This document shows, one piece after another, positions 38,607 through 48,540 of a stretch of 64,000 nt of DNA. Both the position numbers and the translations under genes were made by a program. The DNA comes from Limnochordia bacterium (GTDB taxonomy: Bacteria; Bacillota; Limnochordia; DTU080). Each line of letters begins with the position of its first letter. Positions within the stretch are counted from its first letter, which is position 1. Location of the stretch: positions 160,001 through 224,000 of the forward strand of contig JBMNJG010000005.1 in assembly GCA_050951545.1 (NCBI GenBank), read 5' to 3'. The notes under the pieces were generated by a model. The model ran no database searches. It saw only the letters and a program-made list of their open reading frames with translations, and had not been told where the DNA came from.

Positions 38607-40685
38607 ATGACTGGCTTTCTCGTGCTACTGCGAACCATGCTCAGACACTACTTCAGCCTCTCTGTAATGCGAGAGGTATACATAAAACGAAAACAAGAAC
38701 TGTGGAAGCCCGCCCTGGTGCTGTTGGCGATCGTCGCTGGTGTGCTACCGACGCTCTATGCCTATGTGCGTTTTCTACAAACGGCATACGCGGCAGCTGG
38801 CCAACTGCAACAGCCTGGCTTAGTGATCGTCCTCGGCCTCGTTAGTGCCCAATTGGTCATCCTGTTTTTTGGTCTGTCCTATCTGATGTCAGTCTTTTAC
38901 TTCAGCGCAGACCTGGAGCACCTGGTGCCCTTGCCTATCAAGCCTGAAACCATCTTAGCAGCCAAGTTCAGCATAGTACTCATCAGTGAATACATCACCG
39001 CACTGCCCATGGCCGTGCCTCCAATTGTTATCTACGGTCTCGGTCAAGGTGTCGGGCTTCTCTATTGGCTGAGGGCTGCGTTCGTCGTCATCCTCCTACC
39101 CCTGTTGCCCCTAGCCTTGGCGTCCATACTGGTGGTAGGGATCATGCGCTTCACAGGCCTTGCTCGCAACCGGGAGCGCTTTACGGTAATCCTGGGCCTA
39201 GTCACACTGACCCTGGTGTTAGTAGTGCAATGGCAACTGGGGCGGCTTGGCAGTGACCAGCTAGATCCCACCGAAATGCTCATCCAACTGATGAGCACGC
39301 CAAACAGCCTCCTAAACCTGCTGGGCAGACGCTTTCCTCCCGCCCTATGGGGATCCCTGGCACTCAGCAGCCAAGGCTCGGTAGCCTGGCGCTACCTGCT
39401 ATTCTACCTTGGTAGCACGTTGGCGAGTCTAGCTCTCCTTTGGGGACTGGCCCGCAAGTTCTTCTTCGACAGCCTGCTACACGGTTCACCCGTGAAACGT
39501 CATCACCGCCACCCTTCAGCCAGCCTTGCCACTGACCTGGGCGTGCGCTCGCCTCTGGCTGCCTTGATCCACAGGGAATGGCATATTCTGGTCCGCAATC
39601 CCATTTTCGCGATGAACGCCGGGGCCAATGTGCTCCTGCCCCCCATCCTTGTCGCACTGCCGATTTTGGGCGGTGGTGAGCAGTTTCTTGATCTGCGGGC
39701 GGCTCTGGCCAACCCCCGCTTAGCGCTCTGGGGCAGCCTTGTGGTGGCCGCTTTTTTCGCCGTGTCTGCACCTATGTCCGCAATTCCCGCTACTGCCATC
39801 TCACGGGAAGGCCGACTCTTCTGGATCTCTCGCTCCATGCCAGTCGCGCCTCGTAGGCAACTGCTAGCCAAGCTGGCGTTCTCTGTAGCATTGCTTTCTG
39901 CGAGCTCGCTTCTGCTGGTGCTGGTTCTTGTGGCCCTATTGAGACTGCCGCTAGACTTTCTCTTCACGGGCTGCATGTTAGGCGTCTTGGGGTTGCTGGG
40001 TACCTCTGCCATCAGCCTCGCCATTGACACTTTGTGGCCTCGACTTGACTGGGACAACCCACAGCAGGCCATGAAGGGCAATTTCAACGTCGTGGTAACG
40101 CTGGTTATCGTAGGTGCAGTCGGTTACGGCCTGGCCCGTCTTGTCATCCGCTGGGTTGGACAAGGGTGGTCCGATCAAGCTGTTGTGTGGGCAACGACCG
40201 CAGTGCTGGCTGTATTGAGCGTATTGAGCATTCGCCTGCTGCTGTATGTGGGCCCCGCCGTATACACTCAGTATCGCAGATACGAGCCGAGATCTGGCCG
40301 TCGTCTCACCGCTCGTTCTGTGATCACGATTGCCTTGGTCCTTGTCGGCGTCCTGTTTCTTGGGCGGGAGTTGCTCACGATGACTACCCTCGATTACACC
40401 TTTGGACCAGAGGACATCCGCTTCGGTTCGGTCCGAATCGCCTACGACGAGATCACTGAAGTGCAGTACCTGGAGCGTATTCCCTCACTCAGCAATCGAG
40501 TGGGTACCAGTATCGGCGTGTACAAGGCTGGCACCTTTACCGTGGCTGGCATCGGCAGAGGCAAAGTGTTCGCCACCGACTCCACAGGACCAGCGCTGCT
40601 TCTGCGCACACAGACTACATTCTACGTTATTACGCCAGATGACGCACGCCAGCGTTTTCTTGAGCTACAGTCAGACCTGGAGTGA
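38607..40685 (+). CDS. Large ABC exporter permease with C-terminal bacterial PH-like domain
   Basis: FYFSADLEHLVPLPIKP..ILAAKF, TAISREG and PRLDWDNPQQAMK motifs; extra C-terminal RVGTSIG.YKAGTF..YVITPDD module. Confidence 0.82.
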   Translation: MTGFLVLLRTMLRHYFSLSVMREVYIKRKQELWKPALVLLAIVAGVLPTLYAYVRFLQTAYAAAGQLQQPGLVIVLGLVSAQLVILFFGLSYLMSVFYFSADLEHLVPLPIKPETILAAKFSIVLISEYITALPMAVPPIVIYGLGQGVGLLYWLRAAFVVILLPLLPLALASILVVGIMRFTGLARNRERFTVILGLVTLTLVLVVQWQLGRLGSDQLDPTEMLIQLMSTPNSLLNLLGRRFPPALWGSLALSSQGSVAWRYLLFYLGSTLASLALLWGLARKFFFDSLLHGSPVKRHHRHPSASLATDLGVRSPLAALIHREWHILVRNPIFAMNAGANVLLPPILVALPILGGGEQFLDLRAALANPRLALWGSLVVAAFFAVSAPMSAIPATAISREGRLFWISRSMPVAPRRQLLAKLAFSVALLSASSLLLVLVLVALLRLPLDFLFTGCMLGVLGLLGTSAISLAIDTLWPRLDWDNPQQAMKGNFNVVVTLVIVGAVGYGLARLVIRWVGQGWSDQAVVWATTAVLAVLSVLSIRLLLYVGPAVYTQYRRYEPRSGRRLTARSVITIALVLVGVLFLGRELLTMTTLDYTFGPEDIRFGSVRIAYDEITEVQYLERIPSLSNRVGTSIGVYKAGTFTVAGIGRGKVFATDSTGPALLLRTQTTFYVITPDDARQRFLELQSDLE

Positions 40686-40797
40686 GCGCACCCTGCCCAG
40701 GCGCTCATGTCGGTCGATGATGCAGCGTGGAGGAAGTGCTCGGACAGCAGCAGGAAGATGCAAAAGGCAAGCATAATTGGAAAGGAGCAACGTGTCA

Positions 40798-43700
40798 ATG
40801 CATTCCAGTCGGGTCACGTTGGTGGTTCTCCTGCTGTTAGCAATCAGTCTCACTACCGCGAAAGCAGCCTCCTTGGTGTCCAACGGGAGTTTCGAGGAGC
40901 TCGATGTCAGTGACAGGCCCGTTGGGTTTAGCACTTGGGTGGGTCAGGGCAGTCCTGGGTTTGGTGTCGAGATTGGCGAAGCACACAGTGGCCAAAACTC
41001 CTTTCGCATTTCAGGCGATGGTGCAGCCCGAGGCAGTATCAACTGTACACTGCCCTTTGAGGGCGGTACCTACAAGATGAGTCTGTGGTACCGAGTCAGT
41101 GCAAGCATGCCCAAAGACGGCGTGGTACTGCGGCTTATGGCTTTCCACAGCCATGGATCCAGCGAAAATGACAAAGTTCAGTGGAGCATGTCTGAGGTCG
41201 CTCCCGCCCCCGGTACGCGCGTGCAGCTAAATGGGAACAATCTGCATGTCATTGCTGATCAGTCGCTTGTAGCTGGTGAGTGGTACCCTCTGAGCATCAC
41301 CTTTTCCCTACCAGACGAAGTGCAGCGGCTACAAGCCAACATCTTTAACTGGTTAGGCAACGGTACTGTCTGGTTTGATGATGTGCACTTAGAGGCCACC
41401 ACCTTTGACTGGATCGCGTACCAAGAGACCGCCATGCGGGAGCTGGAAGCACGCGAATTGGAGGGTCCATCTATGCTGACCACCCTGCAAGACCAGCATC
41501 CGCGACTTCTTGTTTCGTCATCCGATCTCGCGCACCTGAGGCAGCTCATTGAGAACGAACCCCAGGCCCGAGAATGGTACACTGCCCTTAAGATCAGTGC
41601 GACCAACGTACTGCTTCAGCCAGTATCGCAGTACGAGATACCTGATGGCAAGCGTCTGTTGGCCACGAGCCGTCGAGTACTGGACCGTGTGCTTCTCCTG
41701 GCCTTTGTCTATCACATGGAGGAGGATGTGCGCTTCGCTGAGCGGGCTTGGAAGGAACTGGAGGCCGCAGCCCACTTCCCAGACTGGAATCCGAGCCACT
41801 TCCTTGATACCGCTGAGATGACCCATGCCTTTGCCATAGGCTATGACTGGCTCTACCATGTGTGGACGCCAGAGCAGCGAGATGTGCTACGCAACGCCAT
41901 CGCCCACATGGGTCTCGAGCCTGGTCTCCATGCGTACAGAGGCACCGCACCCTACGGTTGGTGGGTAAATGTAACACACAACTGGAACCTGGTGTGCAAC
42001 GGTGGCCTGGCCATGGGGGCACTAGCTATCGCTGACGAAGAACCAAGACTGGCTGAGCTCATCTTGCGTGCTGGTATCAAGAGCGCACCGGCAGCCATTG
42101 CCCAATTCGCACCGGATGGTGGTTGGGACGAGGGTGTCGGCTACTGGCACTACTCAATTCGCTATTTGATCCCCTACATCGCCGCCCTTGAGAGCGCACT
42201 CGGCAGCAGCTTTGGTCTGGCCGAAGTGCTGGGCCTAGGGCTAGCGGGGACGTTTCCGATGTACCTCACTTCTCCCGCGGGGGTGACCTTCAACTTTGCC
42301 GACGGCGGCACTGGTGTGGTCAACGCGCCTGAACTATTCTGGATGGCCAGACGTTTTGAGCAGCCCAGCTATGCCTGGTGGCACAGCCAGGTATCTGGAG
42401 GCAAAGCAAGCGTTCTGGCCCTTGTGTGGTATGCCCAAGATCTTCTAGAAGGTTTCGCACCGTCCGATCTGCCACTGGACAAGCACTTTGGTCATATAGA
42501 AGTGGCCAGCATGCGTAGCTCGTGGGAAGAGAAAGACGCCCTCTTTGTCGGCTGGAAAGCTGGCGATCTGAAAGCCAACCACGGCGATCTCGATATGGGC
42601 TCTTTCGTGCTCGATGCCCTCGGAGTACGCTGGGCAGCTGATCTGGGCTCTGATGACTACAACATGCCCGGCTACTTCGGGTCACAGCGCTGGTCATACT
42701 ACCGCAAGCGGGCGGAAGGACATAACACACTGGTGCTAGACCCCTCTGCCGCAGCTGATCAAGATCCAGCTGCCGTAGCCCGTATCGTCTTCCAGGGAGC
42801 CAGTGATGGCGAGGCGGTCTCCATCGCGGACCTCACACCAGGCTATCGTCGTCATGCCAGCTCTGTAAAGCGCGGTATCGCCCTGATCGATGGACGCAGT
42901 CAAGTCCTGGTGCAAGATGAAATCGAGGCACCACATCCCTCGGAGATCTGGTGGTTTATGCATACGCGGGCCAACGTCTCTTTGGATGGCGACGGGTCGA
43001 CAGCGATCCTTGAGCAAGGGGGGAAGCGCTTGGCTGTGCGTGTTCTTTCCCCAGAAGGTGCGGCTTTCACTGTCATGCCTGCCGCGCCCTTACCCACCTC
43101 TCCCAATCCTTCGGTGCAGGCTGTGAACCATGACGTGCGTAAACTGGCCATCCAACTGCACGACGTCACCAGCACCTGTATCGCAGTGCAATTGGTGCCA
43201 CTGACAGAGAATGAAGCGGCATCCGTAGCGCCCGTGATCAAACCACTGCATGTCTGGCAAGAGACAGTCCAGGCGAGTGAGCGCCTGTGGCCAGCCTTGG
43301 GACGGATCACGGTCGACGTAAGTTCACCGCCGGAGCGGGGACAGACGGTGCGAGGTGTGATTCCTGTTGACATTGAGTTGGGCGTGCCTACCTCTGGCAC
43401 ACTGGAGAAAGTGTCTGTCCTGGTCGATGGTGAGCCGCTCTTCAGCGGTCCGATGCTACCGGAAGAGCTTCTGCTCAACACCTACACTCTGACCGATGGT
43501 ATACATCGCCTCCTAATCGAAGCCACAGTGAATGGCACCCTAGCGACACGTGCCTTCTCATTTAGAGTGGAGAACTGGTGGAATACCACCGATCGCATGG
43601 AACCGCCCCTCGAGACAGGCTGGTTTGGCACGCTGGTACGCTCACAGACTAGCTCAGAGAGTGACGGTTGGAGATATACCACTGGCATCTCACGAACTCA

Positions 43701-44046
43701 ACTGGGCGGTGCAGATCGCCGTATTCGCGAGCATGACACAGAAGAGCACCTAACTTGGGAAACACCGAACCTGCGGAGCGTCAAGATCATGGTACAGGCT
43801 CCCCGGACTGCCGTTGAGTCTGCACTGGAGCTGTTGGTCTCCCAGAATGGCCAGAAATGGGACAGTCTTGCCTACACGGTGCAAGAGCTGGAGTTGTCAC
43901 CAGAGGGACTTCATGAGCTAGCGCTAGTCGCCGAACTACCTGCAGGAACCCCTGCCCACTGGTGCAGACTGCGCGTGCTCCCAGGGCACTTTGCCCCAGA
44001 CGAGCTGCAGATTGCACAAGCCGAACTTACAGGTCTGCACAAGTAA
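40798..44046 (+). CDS. Secreted heparinase II/III-family polysaccharide lyase with N-terminal CBM-like and C-terminal Ig-like modules
   Basis: Signal peptide; LVSNGSFE...VWFDDV CBM4/9-like module; HPRLL, WNPSHFLDTAE, HNWNLVCNGG, EGVGYW, HGDLDMGSF and GHNTLV motifs. Confidence 0.85.
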   Translation: MHSSRVTLVVLLLLAISLTTAKAASLVSNGSFEELDVSDRPVGFSTWVGQGSPGFGVEIGEAHSGQNSFRISGDGAARGSINCTLPFEGGTYKMSLWYRVSASMPKDGVVLRLMAFHSHGSSENDKVQWSMSEVAPAPGTRVQLNGNNLHVIADQSLVAGEWYPLSITFSLPDEVQRLQANIFNWLGNGTVWFDDVHLEATTFDWIAYQETAMRELEARELEGPSMLTTLQDQHPRLLVSSSDLAHLRQLIENEPQAREWYTALKISATNVLLQPVSQYEIPDGKRLLATSRRVLDRVLLLAFVYHMEEDVRFAERAWKELEAAAHFPDWNPSHFLDTAEMTHAFAIGYDWLYHVWTPEQRDVLRNAIAHMGLEPGLHAYRGTAPYGWWVNVTHNWNLVCNGGLAMGALAIADEEPRLAELILRAGIKSAPAAIAQFAPDGGWDEGVGYWHYSIRYLIPYIAALESALGSSFGLAEVLGLGLAGTFPMYLTSPAGVTFNFADGGTGVVNAPELFWMARRFEQPSYAWWHSQVSGGKASVLALVWYAQDLLEGFAPSDLPLDKHFGHIEVASMRSSWEEKDALFVGWKAGDLKANHGDLDMGSFVLDALGVRWAADLGSDDYNMPGYFGSQRWSYYRKRAEGHNTLVLDPSAAADQDPAAVARIVFQGASDGEAVSIADLTPGYRRHASSVKRGIALIDGRSQVLVQDEIEAPHPSEIWWFMHTRANVSLDGDGSTAILEQGGKRLAVRVLSPEGAAFTVMPAAPLPTSPNPSVQAVNHDVRKLAIQLHDVTSTCIAVQLVPLTENEAASVAPVIKPLHVWQETVQASERLWPALGRITVDVSSPPERGQTVRGVIPVDIELGVPTSGTLEKVSVLVDGEPLFSGPMLPEELLLNTYTLTDGIHRLLIEATVNGTLATRAFSFRVENWWNTTDRMEPPLETGWFGTLVRSQTSSESDGWRYTTGISRTQLGGADRRIREHDTEEHLTWETPNLRSVKIMVQAPRTAVESALELLVSQNGQKWDSLAYTVQELELSPEGLHELALVAELPAGTPAHWCRLRVLPGHFAPDELQIAQAELTGLHK

Positions 44047-44081
44047 GTCCTGTTGACAGATCGAACTGAGATAGACGGACC

Positions 44082-44123
44082 CACACAAAAACCCCAACGT
44101 CAAGGCGTGGGGGTTTTTGTGTG
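44082..44123. terminator. Bidirectional intrinsic terminator
   Basis: CACACAAAAACCCC...GGGGTTTTTGTGTG between convergent genes. Confidence 0.75.
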
Positions 44124-44150
44124 TCGAAGGGTTATCATCAGGTTCAGACC

Positions 44151-45473
44151 TTACTCTCTCTGCGAGGCCACGTGTGCCAGAACCGCAGCCCGCATACGCC
44201 GTGTGGCCTCAGGCGTGTTGACATGACCTGCTGCGATGTCGTGGTAGATCGCTGTCCCCGTGTTCACGTTGTTGTAGGCAGCGTAGACAGTTGCTGGTGG
44301 GCAGGCGGTGTCGACAAACCCGACGGTGAAAAAACCGTCCGCCTTGATACGCGTAGCGAAGTTCATCCCATCAAAGTAGCGCACGGTCTCCAAGACGTCT
44401 TTCACCTTGCTCACATTGCTATAGACACCCATGCCAGGCCACCCCATGGGTCGGTGTGCTGCTATTCCGGTCAGGTCAGCCATGGCAGGTACACCTGCCA
44501 CGAAAAAGGTGACGCGAGGGTCGAGTGCGGAGCCAGCCAGCGACTGAGCTGCGCCCTGGCTGGTGCCGTAGAGAATGAGAGTCTTGCCATCCCATTCTGG
44601 CTGTGACGCAAGAAAATCGATGGCTCGGACCACCCGCAGAAACATGCCCAAGAAGTAATATGTGTCGCGTGAGTCGCGTCCACGCATACTATATCTGCTG
44701 AGAGAACCCGTAACCAGCCCATCATAGTAGGCTGCGGGTTTGCCGTTGGGCACCCCGTGGGCGTTGATATCCATCGCCAGCATGCCCTCTTTTGCCCAAC
44801 CCGTAGGGATGCCAGCACTGCGTACTCCCGCCCCATGCAAGGTCAGGATGGCTGGCAGGCTCCCCGGCTCCGCATCGGCAGGCCGCACAAAGTAGCCAGA
44901 TACCGGCACTCCACCGATACTATCCGCTTGAACGTCGAAGATCTCAAAGCCCTTAGCGCTTGGGCTGACGGGTACCATCCGCGGATTCATCGGTATCTCA
45001 GCCAGCAGTGCCTTCTTAGAAGCCCAGAAGGCATCGAAATCGTCAGGAACAGGCAGGCTGGGAGCGATGTCTTGCGGATCGACTCCCGCGCCCGCCAATG
45101 CGACAGTTTCGGCGCCACCAGCTTGAAAGGCAACTCGGCACTGCAAGAACCCGGGTTCGCTCAGGCTAGCCGATACGCGGGCCTCACCGTTCTCTAAGCG
45201 GATACTTCCCTGTTCGATGGTTGTCTCACCATTCTTGCTGATCCGCCATTGCACGTCGGCTTCGCCTAGAGGTTGCCCATGGTGAAGCACCCGGATAACA
45301 AACGTTGCGGTTTCACCCACATGATACAGCGCATCGGTACGGTCGGTAACCACCGAGACCGTATACGCAGGCGCCATTTCCTCGGCAGCTACCAGACCGG
45401 GCGACAGTGTAGCTACCGAACCAAGAATGAGGCAGGACCTCCAGACCAGCTTCTTCAGACCCTTAACACCCAA
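44151..45473 (-). CDS. Secreted acetylxylan esterase / cephalosporin-C deacetylase-like alpha/beta hydrolase
   Basis: PDDFDAFW, nucleophile motif GTSQG, YFDGMNFA and GFVDTACPP; signal-like N-terminus; start approximate. Confidence 0.85.
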   Translation of the reverse strand: MGVKGLKKLVWRSCLILGSVATLSPGLVAAEEMAPAYTVSVVTDRTDALYHVGETATFVIRVLHHGQPLGEADVQWRISKNGETTIEQGSIRLENGEARVSASLSEPGFLQCRVAFQAGGAETVALAGAGVDPQDIAPSLPVPDDFDAFWASKKALLAEIPMNPRMVPVSPSAKGFEIFDVQADSIGGVPVSGYFVRPADAEPGSLPAILTLHGAGVRSAGIPTGWAKEGMLAMDINAHGVPNGKPAAYYDGLVTGSLSRYSMRGRDSRDTYYFLGMFLRVVRAIDFLASQPEWDGKTLILYGTSQGAAQSLAGSALDPRVTFFVAGVPAMADLTGIAAHRPMGWPGMGVYSNVSKVKDVLETVRYFDGMNFATRIKADGFFTVGFVDTACPPATVYAAYNNVNTGTAIYHDIAAGHVNTPEATRRMRAAVLAHVASQRE

Positions 45474-45547
45474 TCGACTCTCCACCTCCGCATGGCATAG
45501 ATGAATTGGCACAGATAAATGCGGAACGGCACCAGCCCCAGGATGCC

Positions 45548-47077
45548 TCAGTCAAGAAAAAGCTGCTCACACAGATCATCGTACTCGCCCCCGAGCTCAC
45601 CGAGGTTCTCGTAGAGCTCAAGACGCTCCACGATGAAACGGCGCAGTCGGTAGACGAGTTCTGCAAAGCGAGCGTCCGTAATACGTCCTTGTGCTTCCTG
45701 ATAGCGATAGAAGTCCCGCAGGTCTAGGGGGAATGACTTGGCGTCTGACTTCGAGTTGGGGAAACGTCGAATGTAGGTCCAGAAGAAAAAGGACTCCAAC
45801 GCCCCCTCATCCACGTCCAGAAGATGCCCGGGCACCTCAGGCTCATGGCTTTGACTCTGCAGGTAACTAGCGAAGAGCAAAAGGTGGTTGATCTTCCTAC
45901 GGTGAAGGGTATCGCTGATGCCTTGCTTTTCCAGCTCGGCGTCCCATTCCGCAATGAGCTCCTCATGCGTTGGCTTGAAAAGCAGTCGAACCACACCGCG
46001 TCTCTCGCTCGGAAGCACTGTCCCGTCCTCTCGCAAGCCCAGTCGTCCTGCCTCTTTAGCCCGCGCCTGCCGCAATCTCTCGGGATGCTCCATGATCGCC
46101 TCGTACTGCTGGCGCTCCCATGCGCCAGACCTAGCGACTACCTCGTCGTGCCGTCGCGTGCGCTTGGTGTACGCAGGTCCATCAGGGTGGGCAATCGCCC
46201 ACCCTTCAAAGAGTGATTCCTCATCTCTGATGAGTCTCATGCGAGTGTCTGACCATACGACTCTAGAGAGTTCCGAGCCAGGAGTCTGACCCAACTCGGG
46301 ACACTGAGCGTATGCCTCCAGATACAATGACGACAGCGGTACAGCGTATGCCATAGGTAGACGGGAGACGAAGAAATCGGCCAGGATCCTGTCCTCGGCC
46401 TCCATGCTTGCCGGATCATCGCTCCCCGGAAGGCGGAGAGAAACCACCAGTGCACCGCCCTGTTGATCCCACCGGACGATAAGGTCACCGATGTAGCCCG
46501 ATTCACTCACAGGAAGCTTGTCAAGGTCTAGAGGAGTAAGGTCAATCACTCCCATGTCAAACCTGTCGAGGTCATGCATCGACAAAATGTCCTCATCCGA
46601 GAGGCGTGCGACCAACCGTTGGCTTAGCCGGCTCTGCTCATGCAAGGTAGCCCTTAGGCTGCCTGCAAGAGAGCGATCGTCTTCGGGAGTGCTCACGTCT
46701 GACCAGAAGAGCGTCCTAAGCGGATCCCCCTCTTCGGTCTGCAGGGGAGGGTAGTTAAGAGCTTGGTAGAACGGCTCCAGACGGGTCTTCTTCAAGGCAG
46801 CCCGGTCGATGTCCATATGATAGATGACGCCATCGCTGATGGTCACACGAAAAGCCTTACCATCTAGGACAACGCGGGCAGGACCATAGACTTCTTCGCC
46901 ACACCGTATGATCCCCGGCTCTTGCGCCAAGACCTCGCTCACAAACCGAGGTGTATTCTTGGTAATCGGCCTGCCGGTTCGACTGGCCACCTCCTGGACA
47001 ATAGTCCTAAGCGAAAGGGGCCTCGTCATCCCTAGTGCAATCCCTGAAGCAGCTGCGTGTATGGTGGGTCTTCCCAT
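45548..47077 (-). CDS. Hypothetical protein with N-terminal wHTH-like and C-terminal integrase core-binding-like helical domain
   Basis: About 510 aa with RBS AAGGGGTG. N-terminal PLSLRTIVQEVASRTG; C-terminal WDAELEKQGISDTLHRRKINHLLLFASYL...LRDFYRYQ. Confidence 0.65.
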   Translation of the reverse strand: MGRPTIHAAASGIALGMTRPLSLRTIVQEVASRTGRPITKNTPRFVSEVLAQEPGIIRCGEEVYGPARVVLDGKAFRVTISDGVIYHMDIDRAALKKTRLEPFYQALNYPPLQTEEGDPLRTLFWSDVSTPEDDRSLAGSLRATLHEQSRLSQRLVARLSDEDILSMHDLDRFDMGVIDLTPLDLDKLPVSESGYIGDLIVRWDQQGGALVVSLRLPGSDDPASMEAEDRILADFFVSRLPMAYAVPLSSLYLEAYAQCPELGQTPGSELSRVVWSDTRMRLIRDEESLFEGWAIAHPDGPAYTKRTRRHDEVVARSGAWERQQYEAIMEHPERLRQARAKEAGRLGLREDGTVLPSERRGVVRLLFKPTHEELIAEWDAELEKQGISDTLHRRKINHLLLFASYLQSQSHEPEVPGHLLDVDEGALESFFFWTYIRRFPNSKSDAKSFPLDLRDFYRYQEAQGRITDARFAELVYRLRRFIVERLELYENLGELGGEYDDLCEQLFLD

Positions 47078-47176
47078 GTCAAACACCCCTTGTCAGCAAC
47101 CCGTTGCCACCACGGCAGGGCCACCCCGGCCGCATAGCAACGCTGAAACGCCTTTGATCCCTGCCCTGCAGCGTGT

Positions 47177-48400
47177 TCACTGCTCTTTGTGCTTGGACCA
47201 CTGCACGTTATGTGGCTCAACCTCCAGGCGGGCCTGCACCGCCGCCACATCAGTCTCCCGGGGCATGCGGTTGGTTGCGGCCGCCTGGGCAGCAGCTATA
47301 CCTGCTGCCTGGCCTATCGAGCTCACCGTAACCATGACACGAAAACCCGACATGGCAATATGCGTTGCGGACAGACAGCGGCCAGCGACCAAGAGCCCAT
47401 CTATACTGATCGGTACCAAGGCCCGGTAGGGAATATCGTACATCGGTGAACGGCCGTAGAAGATCTTCTTGCGATCCGGCTCCCAGCTATCAAGACCGCG
47501 GGACGACGAACTGATGGCATCTGCAAAGCGCCGCCCTTCATTGCAGTCGTTCTCGGTGACGATTACCTCACCGACAATGCGGCGAGATTCCCTAATACCT
47601 AGCCTGGGCGCCACCCAGGTCACGGCGAAGCCATTCTCCTCCAAAGTGGCCCAGTTGGGCAGCATTGCTTCCCAAGCTGCTTTTTCTGCTCGGGCTAGAG
47701 CTTCGGCATCGGTCGTGTCTTCACACTCTACCTTGCATCCCCAATGCAGGTATTCGCCGAAGCCAATATCTCGATTGTAGTCAAAATCGGGAACGTAAGT
47801 CGAACAGGGATCGAGCCGACGGCTCCTATACATCCAGGTACATTGCTGCACCCTGGAATCTGCCACCTCGGGAGCGTGCGGTTCATTGAACTCCGACCGC
47901 GCTTCGCGTCCATAGCGACACTCTGCGCCTGATGCAACTGCGATGTCAGCATCGCCCGAACAGTCGATAACGACATGAGCCTTGATCTTGCGTTGGACGT
48001 AGCCATGATCTCGCCCCGCGCGGGTCTGAGCGACCACCCCTGTCACCCTATCGCCCGCTTGGATCACATCGATACCCGTCGTGTGGGGCAAGACAGTCAG
48101 ATTAGCCTCATGGGCAGCTATCATGCTGCAAGCATGGGCATACCAGTGGCTTGAAAACTCCGAACGCTTGTGCCTAAACGTGTAGTCTTTCCGTGTAAGG
48201 ATGTTACGTATCTCTTGGTTGACGCCGCAGACGATCCCTGGGCTGAAGCCCTGCACCCCATAGTCGACAGCCGCACCGCCCAACACGGCATCCTCTTCGA
48301 GCAAGAGGACGCGAGCACCCTCGCGCGCCGCTGAAATTGCGGCACCAAAACCACTGGGCCCTCCGCCTACGACAACAACATCGGCGCGCAACGTATCCAT
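47177..48400 (-). CDS. FAD-dependent oxidoreductase (FAD_oxidored family)
   Basis: DVVVVGGGPSGFGAA, IDCSGDAD, GIRESRRIVG and YDIPYRALVP motifs. Confidence 0.9.
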   Translation of the reverse strand: MDTLRADVVVVGGGPSGFGAAISAAREGARVLLLEEDAVLGGAAVDYGVQGFSPGIVCGVNQEIRNILTRKDYTFRHKRSEFSSHWYAHACSMIAAHEANLTVLPHTTGIDVIQAGDRVTGVVAQTRAGRDHGYVQRKIKAHVVIDCSGDADIAVASGAECRYGREARSEFNEPHAPEVADSRVQQCTWMYRSRRLDPCSTYVPDFDYNRDIGFGEYLHWGCKVECEDTTDAEALARAEKAAWEAMLPNWATLEENGFAVTWVAPRLGIRESRRIVGEVIVTENDCNEGRRFADAISSSSRGLDSWEPDRKKIFYGRSPMYDIPYRALVPISIDGLLVAGRCLSATHIAMSGFRVMVTVSSIGQAAGIAAAQAAATNRMPRETDVAAVQARLEVEPHNVQWSKHKEQ

Positions 48401-48540
48401 TGCATCCACTCCTGACTATAGCGCAAGTCACAAATGGTCTTGCCGAGGGTCACTATAGCTATCATAAATTGCCTTTGCTGGAAAGGCAAGCCTTCTCACC
48501 GCGCCAGAGACGGGGGAAGGGGGCGGGTTGCCCCCCCGCC

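Noticed and set aside
45548-47077. Phage integrase or prophage
   Set aside because: No catalytic tyrosine-recombinase residues, att sites or phage genes nearby.
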